This document shows positions 44,391-54,188 of a stretch of DNA of 64,000 nt, in pieces. Positions within the stretch are counted from its first letter, which is position 1; every line of letters begins with the position of its first letter. The position numbers were made by a program, and so were the translations under genes. Origin of the DNA: an uncultured Dehalococcoidia bacterium (GTDB taxonomy: Bacteria; Chloroflexota; Dehalococcoidia; Lucifugimonadales; UBA3495). The stretch covers positions 2,589,570 to 2,653,569 of the forward strand of contig OY282565.1 of the NCBI GenBank assembly GCA_958296445.1, given 5' to 3'. The notes below the pieces were generated by a model. The model was not told the origin of the DNA and searched no databases. It saw nothing but the letters and a program-made list of their open reading frames with translations.

Positions 44391-45635
44391 ATGAACGCCG
44401 ACACCACCAGCAAAATACTCGACAACATAGACCCCGACGAAATGCTCAACCTAGCCCAAGACCTAATCCGAATCCCCAGCTTCAAAACCGAGGAAACCGA
44501 AGTAGCCCGCTTCCTAGCCGATTACCTTTCCCAGCGCGGCTACGCCGTAGAGCTACAGGAAGTCGAACCCGGCCGCTTCCAGACCGTCGCCACCCTCAAA
44601 GGCGCCGGCGGCGGCAAATCCCTGATGCTCAACGGCCACATAGACATTGACCCTCTGGCAATGGGCTGGAACCGCGACCCCTGGACGCCCCACATCGAGG
44701 GCGACCTAATCTACGGCGCCGGAATCCGCAATATGAAAAGCGGCGTATCCGCAATGATAACCGCCGCCGAAGCCGTCCGAAAATCAGGAACCCCCCTCAA
44801 AGGCGACCTGGTACTGGCCTGCGTAGTCGGCGAACTGCAAGGCGGCGTAGGCACCACCCACCTCTGCCGCAACGGCCCCCTCACCGATATGGCCGTAGTC
44901 CCCGAACCCTTCGGCGCCGACAACATCCTCACCGTTCACGCCGGCGTCCTCGAAATGGCCGTCCACGTCCTCGGCAACTCCCGCCACATCAGCCGCAAAG
45001 AGGAAGGCATAGACGCCATCGCCAAAATGTGCCAGGCCATCCCCGCCATCAACGGCGTAGAATTCACCTACACCCCCCGCCCGGACCTCCCCGGCCTCCC
45101 CCGCATCAACGTAGGCGCCATAATCGGCGGCCGCGGCCGCGATTACGACCTCCGCGGCCCCAACTTCGTCTCCGACTTCTGCACCGTCCTAGTAGACGTC
45201 CGTTTCCTGCCCGGTATGACCTCCGCCTCCGTCAAAGCCGACATCGAAAACGCCCTCAACCAAATCAAAGCCCAAGACCCCGATTTTCAATACGAAATCG
45301 AAATGCCCCCCGACCCCAAACACCGCGTCTTCACCGTAGTAATGGAACCCTTCGACCTGCCCAAAGACGAATACATCCTAGACGCCGTCCTCCGCCAATA
45401 CCGCGCCGTAACCGGCCGCGAACCCGACGGCGTAGGCGCCGTCCTCCCCGGCTCCTACACTGGCGACGACACCTGCCACCTATGGCAAGCCGGCGTCCCC
45501 TGCCTACTCTACGGCCCCGGCGGCGGCTCCCAATCCCCCACCATCCCCGACGAATACAGCCGCATCCCCGATATGCGCCAAGTAGCCAAAGTCCTAGCCC
45601 TAACCGCCCAAGACATCTGCAACCTCCCCAACTAA
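44391..45635 (+). CDS. M20 family metallopeptidase / deacylase (ArgE/DapE-like)
   Basis: 414 aa. ...LIRIPSFKTEETEVARFLADYL...SLMLNGHIDIDP...GAGIRNMKSGVSAM... GGAGG RBS. Confidence 0.85.
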   Translation: MNADTTSKILDNIDPDEMLNLAQDLIRIPSFKTEETEVARFLADYLSQRGYAVELQEVEPGRFQTVATLKGAGGGKSLMLNGHIDIDPLAMGWNRDPWTPHIEGDLIYGAGIRNMKSGVSAMITAAEAVRKSGTPLKGDLVLACVVGELQGGVGTTHLCRNGPLTDMAVVPEPFGADNILTVHAGVLEMAVHVLGNSRHISRKEEGIDAIAKMCQAIPAINGVEFTYTPRPDLPGLPRINVGAIIGGRGRDYDLRGPNFVSDFCTVLVDVRFLPGMTSASVKADIENALNQIKAQDPDFQYEIEMPPDPKHRVFTVVMEPFDLPKDEYILDAVLRQYRAVTGREPDGVGAVLPGSYTGDDTCHLWQAGVPCLLYGPGGGSQSPTIPDEYSRIPDMRQVAKVLALTAQDICNLPN

Positions 45636-45652
45636 CCCCACACACAACAAAA

Positions 45653-45691
45653 CACCCGTTTGTCCTTCGACAATCTAAGGACAAAAGGGTG
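45653..45691. terminator. strong hairpin between convergent genes (possible bidirectional terminator)
   Basis: CACCCGTTTGTCCTT-CGACAATCT-AAGGACAAAAGGGTG: a 15-bp stem with one mismatch, followed by TCATTATT. Confidence 0.45.
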
Positions 45692-45879
45692 TCATTATTA
45701 CTTCCGCCGTCTGTCACCCCAAGCGAGCCATCTGCCACCCTGAGCAAGCCATCTGTCATTCTGAGCGGAGCGAAGAATCTCACCTTGGGCCGCCAGACCC
45801 ATCCCTTCGCTCAGGCCGTCAAAGGGCAATTCCGCAGTTCCCCCGGACAACCGGGCGTCCCTTGTAGTAGCAAAGCCCC

Positions 45880-46785
45880 CTACAACTGCCGCCGCGTAGG
45901 ATCAGTACGGTCCCGCAGCCAATCCCCCGTCAAATTGCAAGACATCACCAGAAAAGTAATCGCAATCCCCGGTATCAAAGGAAACCACCAAGCCCCCGGG
46001 AAAAACAAAAACTGTTGCGCATCCCGCAATATATTCCCCCAAGACGGAATAGGCCGCTGCACCCCCAGCCCCAAGAAACTCAGCGACGCCTCAAGAATCA
46101 CCGCCAGCCCCACCTCTAGCGTAGCCAGCACCAGCAGCGTATTGATAATGTTCGGAAAAACGTGCCGGAACATCACCCGAACACGACTGGAGCCGGCCAC
46201 ATTCGCCAGCCGCACAAAATCCATCTCCATCAGCCGCAGCACCTCGCCCCGCAGCACCCGCGCAAACCCCATCCACCGCAAAAACCCGATAACAATAATC
46301 AGGTTAATTATGCTCGGCCCCAAAAGAGTAACCACCGTCAACGCCACCATCAAATAAGGCAAAGACAAAAAGGCGTCCGTAATCTGCATCAACACCCGGT
46401 CAACCCACCCACGGAACACCCCGCTAATCAGTGCCACCAGCGTCCCCAGCAAACCCGCCAGCAAAACCGCCGCCCCGGCCACCCGCACCGAGCTTTGCCC
46501 CCCATGAATCAACCGGCTAAGAACATCCCGCCCCTGATTATCCGTCCCCAGCAGATGCTCCGAAAAAGAGGGCGCAAGCAAAAGCTCCGACGGGCTGATT
46601 TCAATGGAATCATGCGGCGTAATCCACTGCGCCGGAAAAATAGCCAGAATGATCGACAAGAAAATAAAAAGCAACGAAAGTTTAGGCGCCCCCCGCATCG
46701 AACTCCGCAAAGCCCGAAAAGCGCCCAAAACCCGCCCCCCCATCGGAGCCGCCACCTGCGATTGTGTGTCAACCAACTGCGCCAT
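45880..46785 (-). CDS. ABC transporter permease (DppC/OppC-like)
   Basis: 301 aa. ...HLLGTDNQGRDVLSRLIHGGQSS..., ...MDFVRLANVAGSSRVRVMFRHVFPN... AAGGA RBS. Confidence 0.9.
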   Translation of the reverse strand: MAQLVDTQSQVAAPMGGRVLGAFRALRSSMRGAPKLSLLFIFLSIILAIFPAQWITPHDSIEISPSELLLAPSFSEHLLGTDNQGRDVLSRLIHGGQSSVRVAGAAVLLAGLLGTLVALISGVFRGWVDRVLMQITDAFLSLPYLMVALTVVTLLGPSIINLIIVIGFLRWMGFARVLRGEVLRLMEMDFVRLANVAGSSRVRVMFRHVFPNIINTLLVLATLEVGLAVILEASLSFLGLGVQRPIPSWGNILRDAQQFLFFPGAWWFPLIPGIAITFLVMSCNLTGDWLRDRTDPTRRQL

Positions 46786-46974
46786 AGCGTCCTTGCGTCC
46801 TTATCTGTCACTCTGAAAGGCGTCTGTATCTGTCACTCTGAAAGGCGTCTGTAATTCTTAGCAAACCCTCTGTCATTCTTAGAAAGGCGTCCGTAATTCT
46901 TAGAAAGCCCTCTGTCATTCTGAGCGCAGCGAAGAATCCCGCCTTGGGCAACGAGCCCATTCCCTAACCAAAAA

Positions 46975-47907
46975 CTAAGAAAGCCGGATACGCGGATCCA
47001 GCCAGGCATACATCACATCCACAAATATATTAACCGCCACAATAATGGCCGCCACAAAAAAGATAACCCCCTGCGTCACCGGATAATCCCGCGCAATCAA
47101 CGCCCCCACCAGCAAATGACCCACCCCCGGCCAACTGAAAATCGTCTCCGTAACCACCGCCCCGCCAATCAATGCCGCAAAATTCACGAAAAACAGCGTA
47201 AACACCGGAATTGACGCATTCTTAAAAGCGTGTTTCCAGATAACCAGCCGCGTAGGCAGCCCCTTCGCCCGAATCATCTTGATATAGTCCGACTCCAGCA
47301 CCTCCAGCATAGTAGAGCGCACTATCCGCATATGCGACGCTATCAAAAAGAAAGCCAGCGACGCCGCCGGCATTATTATCGCCTTCGGCCCCAGCCGCCC
47401 GAACCCCCCGGCGCTATCCAGCCACCCCAGCTTCACCGAAAACAGCATTATCAGCAGCAGCCCCACCCAGAAAACCGGCATTGACTGCCCCGTAATCGCC
47501 AGCACCTTCCCCACCCGGTCAAAAATCGAATCGGGCCGCGCCGCCGAAACCGCCCCGATAGCCACCCCCATAATCACCGCAAAGGCCATCGCCACCGCAG
47601 TCAATTGCAACGTTGCCGGCATCCGGTCCAGCACCACCTCCACCACCGGCTGATGATCCCATTGCAGCGCGTCCCCCAAGTCCCCCTGAAACAGATTCTG
47701 GTAATAAATGCCCAACTGAACCCAAATACTCTTGTCGAACCCATAAGCCGCAGTCAGCTTCTCCACATCGGCCTGCGTAGCCTCCGGCGGCAGCATATAC
47801 TCCACCGGATTACCCCCGCCCAAACGCAGGAGAATAAACACGGCCAACGTAATAAGCACCATCGTAATGATGCCCGCAAACACCCGCCTGATAATATAAC
47901 TGGTCAA
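46975..47907 (-). CDS. ABC transporter permease (DppB/OppB-like)
   Basis: 310 aa, TTG start 7 nt after GGGAG. MTSYIIRRVFAGIITMVLITLAVFILLRLGGGNP..., ...LESDYIKMIRAKGLPTRLVIWKHAFKNAS... Confidence 0.9.
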   Translation of the reverse strand: MTSYIIRRVFAGIITMVLITLAVFILLRLGGGNPVEYMLPPEATQADVEKLTAAYGFDKSIWVQLGIYYQNLFQGDLGDALQWDHQPVVEVVLDRMPATLQLTAVAMAFAVIMGVAIGAVSAARPDSIFDRVGKVLAITGQSMPVFWVGLLLIMLFSVKLGWLDSAGGFGRLGPKAIIMPAASLAFFLIASHMRIVRSTMLEVLESDYIKMIRAKGLPTRLVIWKHAFKNASIPVFTLFFVNFAALIGGAVVTETIFSWPGVGHLLVGALIARDYPVTQGVIFFVAAIIVAVNIFVDVMYAWLDPRIRLS

Positions 47908-48080
47908 GTCAGGCTCCCTGAATACATTCGTCCGTCATCCCCCCACCGCCTACTGCCCCCCCAGCATCCCCCCGCCCATTCCCGCCCCCAAACCGTCATT
48001 CCCGCGAAAGCGGGAACCAGGGGCAACGGGAATGACGGACAAGCCAGCCGCCCATCCGTCATCCCCAAACCATCCGCCCC

Positions 48081-50042
48081 CTAGTCCCTCAGCACCACCA
48101 AATCATAGTGCTTGAAGTGCGGAGTAAACTCCACCGTCGGATGCGAAACCACCCGGTCGGTATAAGCGTTCACCAAAGTCATCCCGTAGAGCGGGAACGT
48201 CTCCTCCAGCCCCAGCACCTCGTCCTCCAGCTCCGCCAAGACGGGCAGAATCGCCTCCGGCGTTTCCGCGCCGGTAGCGTCGAAGTACAAATCCTCCACC
48301 CGGTCATTGTAAACGCCCACATAACCGCTGGTGGCGTGATACCAGCTTATCTGCACCCCGGAATGATCCTGCCGTCCCCAAGTCTGCAAATTCACCGGCA
48401 CCTGCGCGAATATCCCGGCCCGGAACCCCCGCACATAATCCGTCGGGTCGTGTTCCTGCCAAGTCATTTTCACGCCAATGTCGTTCCAGTAGCTGGAAAT
48501 GGCGTCCGCCGCCTCCGGTATCCCGGGCCGTCCCGCGAACTGCCCGAAGTGGCCGCTCATATCGAATCCGTCACCGTACCCCGCCTCCGCCAGCAACTGC
48601 CGCGCCATATCGGGATTGTATTCCGACACGTTGTAAACCCGCTCATCCAGCCGCGAGCCAAAGGAACCCGCGTGGAAAATCGAGCCGATCGGCTTGGAAA
48701 ACCCGAAATGCGGCCCCGCCGATATGGCCGCCTTGTCTATCGCCAGATTCAGCGCCCGCCGCACATTCACGTCCAGCGTCGGATGGTCAACGCACACCTC
48801 CGGCGTAGTCCACTCGGGAATGTTCACCCCGCCCTGGTCCACCCGTCCCGCCGGCTTGCCCGCCTCCCGCAGGTGCAACGGACAGCCGAAAGTCATCGTA
48901 AGCATCCCGTTGGCCTGGTAAGTCTGCGTCCAAGTATCCTCACGCCCGGGATTCACCCCCCGGATTCCCAAATCCTCCGACTTGTCCAAATCTTTCGCCA
49001 AAGCCCACGGCAGGTTATACACCGCATCCACCTGCTCGCTCGCCAGCAGGGCGAACCGGGCCGCCGAATCGGAAACCGTCAAAAACTCCATCTGCGAAAA
49101 CTGCGGCTTGTGCCAATGCTCGTAGTCCGCCCAGAAATCATCCCAGCGGTTGAATAGAATCCGGTTGTTCGGCTCCCAGTCCGCAATGGAAAACGGCCCG
49201 CCGCCGGCCGGGTCTTCCAGATAGGCGTCAGGCCCTTCCAGCAGCCGGTTGGCGTTCCCGTACCAATACAAATGATACCCGTTGCCGCCCAGATTCCACA
49301 TCCAAGTAGGCTTCCCGCCGTCCGTCCTGACAAACACCTCCGTAGGGCTGATTACCTCCACGTCGGCGGTAAGCTCCTGAGCATTGGCGCTGTTCCACAA
49401 CGGAGCGTCATAACCCGCCTGCTCCACAAAGTCCCCCCGGAACGCCAGCAGATTGTTCTTCACCGCCTCGGCGTCGGCGGGCGTCCCGTCCTGAAAACGG
49501 GCGTCCGGGTTAAGCCGGAAAGTCAGCCCGTCCAGCGTTTGCTCAAAAGACAAAGCCCAGGCCGGCGCCAGCACCCCGTTGGGATCCTGCATCATCAGCC
49601 GCAGATTGAAATAATCCTGCAAAAAGCTGACGCTGGTAAGCCCCCAAGGATTCAGGTCACTGCTGCCCCAGCTATCCATCGCCACAGTGAACGTCCCCAC
49701 ATCCGCCGGAATCCCGTTCTCCCCGGCCTTGGGGTAAGCCTCGGGCCAAGTCTTGCCCGCTTCAACCACCGCTTCCGTAGGCGGCACCGTAGGAATCAGC
49801 CGCGTAGCCGATGCCGTAGGCCGCGGCGACGCCGCCGCCGTCGTAGCCGTAGGCGCAACCGTCTGCCCCGAACCAGCCGCCGTAGGCGCCGCGGTCGCCT
49901 GCATAGCCGTAGGCGCAACCGTAGCCGTAGGCGCCGCCGGAACCTCAGTAGCCGCAGCGCCTCCGCACGCAGCCACCACACCCGCCATCAAAACCGCCGC
50001 CAGCAAGGGCAAGGATAATTTCCAAAACGCCAACCGTTTCAC
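48081..50042 (-). CDS. ABC transporter substrate-binding protein, family 5, lipoprotein
   Basis: 653 aa, GTG start. MKRLAFWKLSLPLLAAVLMAGVVAACGG lipobox and an A/P/T linker. ...YNPDMARQLLAEAGYGDGFDM... Confidence 0.9.
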   Translation of the reverse strand: MKRLAFWKLSLPLLAAVLMAGVVAACGGAAATEVPAAPTATVAPTAMQATAAPTAAGSGQTVAPTATTAAASPRPTASATRLIPTVPPTEAVVEAGKTWPEAYPKAGENGIPADVGTFTVAMDSWGSSDLNPWGLTSVSFLQDYFNLRLMMQDPNGVLAPAWALSFEQTLDGLTFRLNPDARFQDGTPADAEAVKNNLLAFRGDFVEQAGYDAPLWNSANAQELTADVEVISPTEVFVRTDGGKPTWMWNLGGNGYHLYWYGNANRLLEGPDAYLEDPAGGGPFSIADWEPNNRILFNRWDDFWADYEHWHKPQFSQMEFLTVSDSAARFALLASEQVDAVYNLPWALAKDLDKSEDLGIRGVNPGREDTWTQTYQANGMLTMTFGCPLHLREAGKPAGRVDQGGVNIPEWTTPEVCVDHPTLDVNVRRALNLAIDKAAISAGPHFGFSKPIGSIFHAGSFGSRLDERVYNVSEYNPDMARQLLAEAGYGDGFDMSGHFGQFAGRPGIPEAADAISSYWNDIGVKMTWQEHDPTDYVRGFRAGIFAQVPVNLQTWGRQDHSGVQISWYHATSGYVGVYNDRVEDLYFDATGAETPEAILPVLAELEDEVLGLEETFPLYGMTLVNAYTDRVVSHPTVEFTPHFKHYDLVVLRD

Positions 50043-50251
50043 TTAAAACCACCCCTAAACAAAAAATACCCTAAAACCGCAAACGCCGGGCCTCTCAACT
50101 CCCCCCGGCGCATCAGCAAAGCAAGGCTACAATGCCCCCATTCCCCTGTCAACATCGCAACCCATATAACAACCCCCGATAACAAAAATGCAACCAAATC
50201 GTAACACGCCCATCCAAACCGCCGCCCCCCACCCGTGCGCCGCCCCACCCC

Positions 50252-51016
50252 CTACCCCCGCACCGTCAACTTCCCCGCCGAATACCCCCCGTCAACATAA
50301 ATAACCTGCCCATTAACATACTCCGCCAACGGCGACGCCAAAAACAGCACCGCGTTGGCAATATCCCCCGGCCGCCCCGCCCGGCCCGCCGGCACCTGCG
50401 CCAGAAAATTCGCCCGGTACTCCCCCGGCGACTCCGCCGTAGCCGGAGTCTCCGTAAAACCCGGCCCCACCGCATTAACAGTTATCCCATACCCCCCCAG
50501 CTCCAAAGCCAGCACCTTCGTAAGCTGCACCACCCCCGCCTTCGCCGCGCAATACGCCCCGCCCGCATACCGCGCATTCAGCGCCGCCGTCGAAGCGATG
50601 TTAATAATCCGCCCCCCCGTACCCTGCTCAATCATCCGCCGCCCCGCCGCCCGGCAACAAAGAAACTGCCCCTTCAGATTCACCCCCAGCACCAGATCCC
50701 AGTCATCCTCGCTCATATCCACGACCGGCGAATTAAGCGCAAACCCCGCCACATTCACCAGCGCATCCACCGACCCGTAAGCCGACACCACCGACGCCGC
50801 CATCGCCTCCACCTGCCCGCCGTCCGAAACATCCACCGCCGCCGCCCGCGCCGTCCCCCCCGCGCCCTCGATCTCCCCCGCCACCGCCGCCGCGCCCCCC
50901 GCGTTCACGTCCGCCACCGTCACCAGCGCCCCCCGCGCCCCCAGCGTCAACGCTATCTCCCGCCCAATCCCCGACGCCGCCCCCGTAACTATCGCCGACT
51001 TGCCCGAAAGTTCCAT
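50252..51016 (-). CDS. SDR family oxidoreductase (FabG-like)
   Basis: 254 aa. GKSAIVTGAASGIGREIA (TGxxxGxG), NIAS...YCAAKAG (YxxxK). Confidence 0.9.
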   Translation of the reverse strand: MELSGKSAIVTGAASGIGREIALTLGARGALVTVADVNAGGAAAVAGEIEGAGGTARAAAVDVSDGGQVEAMAASVVSAYGSVDALVNVAGFALNSPVVDMSEDDWDLVLGVNLKGQFLCCRAAGRRMIEQGTGGRIINIASTAALNARYAGGAYCAAKAGVVQLTKVLALELGGYGITVNAVGPGFTETPATAESPGEYRANFLAQVPAGRAGRPGDIANAVLFLASPLAEYVNGQVIYVDGGYSAGKLTVRG

Positions 51017-51060
51017 AACCCCCTCCCCTGATAATCAAATGCCCCCGAACCCGGCGCCAA

Positions 51061-52122
51061 CTAACCGGCCCCCGCCGCCACCGGCAACGCCGCCCCCCCG
51101 GGCCCCACCGGTGCCTGCTTATCCACATTCCGAATCTCATCGGGATAAAGATGACACGCTACCATCCGCCCGTCCGGCGTAGCCGCCAGTGCCGGCCGCT
51201 CCTCCCGGCACACCGCCATAGCGTAAGGACACCGCGGATGAAATGAACACCCGCTAGGCGTTTCCAACGCGCTAGGAACCTCCCCCACTATCGGAATCCG
51301 CCACCCCGGCGTAGACCCCGGCGGCGTAGCCGCCGCCACCAGCGACGCCGTATACGGATGCAACGGCTCCGCGCACGACAGCTCCGCATCCCCCAGCTCC
51401 ACCAGCTTCCCCAAATACATCACCCCGATGATATGGCTCATGTGCTCCACCGACGCCAAATCATGAGAAATCAGAACGTACGAAATCCGCCGCTCGTCCT
51501 GAATATCCTTCAGCAGATTAAGCACCTGCGACCGGATCGACACATCCAGCGACGACACCGGCTCATCCAGCACAATCAAATCAGGATGCAGCGTCAAAGC
51601 CCGCGCCACCCCGATACGCTGCCGCTGCCCCCCGCTGAACTCATGCGGAAACTGCGACTGCACCGACTCGTGAAGCCCCACCGACTGCAACGCCTCCGCC
51701 ACCCGCCCCGCCCGCTCCCCCTTGGCGAACCCATGCACCTCCAAAGGCTCCCCGATAATATGCCCCACCCGCATCCGCGGATTCAGCGCCCCATAAGGAT
51801 CCTGCAACACCGCCTGCACATTCCGTCGGTAATTCTTCACATCCGCCGACGGCATATCCGCCAGCGACGCCCCCCGGTACAAAATCTCCCCCGACGTCAA
51901 ATCCAGCAGCTTCAGAATCAGATTCGCCACCGTAGTCTTCCCGCACCCCGACTCCCCCACCAAAGCAAAAGTCTGGTTCTCCCGGATAACAAACGAAACA
52001 TCATCCACCGCCCGAACCACCCCCGCAGCCCGGCTGTTCATCAACCCCGTCTTAATCACAAACTGCTTAACAGCATTCCGAGCCTCAACAATCACGCCCC
52101 CAGCAATCCCGCCATCCAGCAT
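51061..52122 (-). CDS. ABC transporter ATP-binding protein (DppF/OppF-like)
   Basis: Track ORF ends at 52149 (TTG). ATG 52122 lies 6 nt after GGAG. Walker A GESGCGKTT, signature FSGGQRQRIGVARAL, Walker B LIVLDEPVSSLD, C-terminal oligopeptide-type domain ...GCSFHPRCP... Confidence 0.9.
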   Translation of the reverse strand: MLDGGIAGGVIVEARNAVKQFVIKTGLMNSRAAGVVRAVDDVSFVIRENQTFALVGESGCGKTTVANLILKLLDLTSGEILYRGASLADMPSADVKNYRRNVQAVLQDPYGALNPRMRVGHIIGEPLEVHGFAKGERAGRVAEALQSVGLHESVQSQFPHEFSGGQRQRIGVARALTLHPDLIVLDEPVSSLDVSIRSQVLNLLKDIQDERRISYVLISHDLASVEHMSHIIGVMYLGKLVELGDAELSCAEPLHPYTASLVAAATPPGSTPGWRIPIVGEVPSALETPSGCSFHPRCPYAMAVCREERPALAATPDGRMVACHLYPDEIRNVDKQAPVGPGGAALPVAAGAG

Positions 52123-52610
52123 ATCGCACTCCAAGCCGCCAACAACCAAGCGGCAACCCCAAAATTAACCAGCACCGGCCTTGAGCAACCCCCTGTCATT
52201 CTGAGCAAAGCGAAGAATCCCACCCAACGCGGCAAGCCCCTACCCCCTTGCTCAGGGCGTCAAAAGGCAATCCCCCAATCCTCTCAAACCAAGATTCCCC
52301 GAAATCAGGATTCCCCCATCCAGCAAATCCTATAATCCTGAAAATCCCGATTCAGACAAACCCCTGTCATTCTGAGCAAAGCGAAGAATCCCACCCAACG
52401 CGGCAAGCCCCTACCCCTTGCTAAGGTCCCCAAAAGACAATCCCCCCAAACCAAGATTCCCCGAATCAGGATTCCCCAATCCGGTAAATCCTTTAATCCT
52501 GAAAATCCTGATTCAGACAAACCCCCTAGCCACCCTAAGCAACCCCCTCTGCGCTCTCTGCGCGTCCTCTGCGCCCTCTGCGTTTCCCCCCTCGTCGCCC
52601 TAAGCAACAA

Positions 52611-52817
52611 CTACCCCCCCACCTCCCGGGCCTGGCAAGCCAACACAGTAGCAATCACCCCCACGTCCTCGTCAAGGCCCATAAACTCCGCCACAAACGC
52701 CTCCCCGCCCGGATGAATATGCACTATCACCCCCACATCCCCAGCCTTCAGCTCCTCCCCCTCATCCCCCGAAACATCCGCGGTAAGCACAATCTCCTGA
52801 TGCTCGCAAAACGCCAT
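52611..52817 (-). CDS. DUF4926-like small protein
   Basis: 68 aa. ...EIVLTADVSGDEGEELKAGDVGVIVHIHPGGEAFVAEFMGLDEDVGVIATV... The ATG is 6 nt after GGAGGGG and 3 nt after the stop of the upstream ATPase gene. Confidence 0.6.
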   Translation of the reverse strand: MAFCEHQEIVLTADVSGDEGEELKAGDVGVIVHIHPGGEAFVAEFMGLDEDVGVIATVLACQAREVGG

Positions 52818-52820
52818 TCG

Positions 52821-53834
52821 TTACCCCTCCGACAGCCAGCACCGCGTCCGCTGCCCATTCCCCGCATCGAAAATAGGCGGCGGCTCCCCCTCCCGGCACC
52901 GATCCATCACCTTGTCGCAACGCGGATGAAACGGACACCCCCCCGGCAAATTCCCCGCATAAGGCGGATCCCCCTGAATCGTCCGCAGCCGCGCCCGCTT
53001 CTCCCCCAGCACCGGCAAAGCCTCCAGCAGCGCCTCCGTATACGGATGCGTCGGCCTGCTCAGAACCTGATCCTTCGGCCCATACTCCACCACCAGCCCC
53101 CCGTAAAACACCGCCAGATTATCGCACAAATTCCCCACGATACTAATATCGTGAGTAATAAAAATCAGCGCCATCCCCGTCTGCTGCTGCAACTCCTTCA
53201 GCAACTCCAGATACTGCCGCTGCGTAGTAACATCCAGCGCCGTAGTAGGCTCATCCGCGATCAGCAAATCAGGATGCGGCCCGATCGACGCCGCACTCGA
53301 CGCCCGCTGCCGCATACCACCGCTCATCTCGTGCGGATAATTCCGAACCCGCAAATGCGGCGCCGTAATCTTCACCATCCGCAACAGCTCCACGCTACGC
53401 TCCATCGCCGCCCGCCACCCCAGCCCCGAATGCACCACCAGCGGCTCCGCAATCTGCGTCCCAATCGAAAAAACCGGATCCAGAGCCGCCATCGAATTTT
53501 GCAAAATCATCCCCATCCGAACCCCCCGCATCCGCTCCATCTCCCTCTCCGGCAGCTCCAGCGTATTCTGCCCGTTAAACAGCACCCGCCCCCCCACGAT
53601 ACGCGCCCCCCGCGGCAACAGCCGCAAAAGCGAAAGGCAAGTAATAGTCTTCCCCGACCCCGACTCCCCCACCAGCCCCAGAGTCTCCCCCGGCATAACC
53701 TTGAAACTAACCCCGTTCACCGCCCGCACCACCCCCCGCCGCGTAAAGAAATGCGTCTGCAGATCCTCCACCTCCAGCAGCGCCCCGCCCCCGCCGCCCC
53801 CCCGCTCAACCGGCAAAACCCGTTCCGCAACCAA
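52821..53834 (-). CDS. ABC transporter ATP-binding protein (DppD/OppD-like)
   Basis: Track ORF extends to 54068 through family D/B repeats. An in-frame TTG at 53834 lies 6 nt after AAGGAGG. ...LLEVEDLQTHFFTRRGVVRAVNGVSF..., Walker A GESGSGKT, signature MSGGMRQR, Walker B LLIADEPTTALD. Confidence 0.88.
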   Translation of the reverse strand: MVAERVLPVERGGGGGGALLEVEDLQTHFFTRRGVVRAVNGVSFKVMPGETLGLVGESGSGKTITCLSLLRLLPRGARIVGGRVLFNGQNTLELPEREMERMRGVRMGMILQNSMAALDPVFSIGTQIAEPLVVHSGLGWRAAMERSVELLRMVKITAPHLRVRNYPHEMSGGMRQRASSAASIGPHPDLLIADEPTTALDVTTQRQYLELLKELQQQTGMALIFITHDISIVGNLCDNLAVFYGGLVVEYGPKDQVLSRPTHPYTEALLEALPVLGEKRARLRTIQGDPPYAGNLPGGCPFHPRCDKVMDRCREGEPPPIFDAGNGQRTRCWLSEG

Positions 53835-54188
53835 ACCAACCCTCCTTAGTACGCGCCCGCAAGGGCAACCCCTTGCGCCCTTGCGCCCTTGCGCCATTGC
53901 GTTAAATCGCCTTGATACGCACCCGTAGGGGCAACCGGGGCCAGCCAGTCGAGGCAGACCACCCGAGGGCCTTGATACGCACCCGTAGGGGCAACCCTTG
54001 TGGTTGCCCTGAAAACCCGCGATTACCCTGAAAAACAAAAAGTAAGCCGCCCCCCGCCCCAATGTCAAGTTCCCCCCGCCCCCGCCGTAAAAAATTTACC
54101 CGAATGTAACTTACGCCCCCCATTCCCCCGTTTACAACCCATCGCCGCCGTGCTACAAATGCCAAGACACCCTTGGCAGGAGTTAAAA

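Noticed and set aside
43179-45635. Possible genomic island integrated at the tmRNA 3' end
   Set aside because: There is no integrase and no direct repeat of the tmRNA 3' end downstream. The downstream genes (MBL hydrolase, M20 peptidase) have host-like composition, and a terminator and an ordinary promoter follow ssrA.
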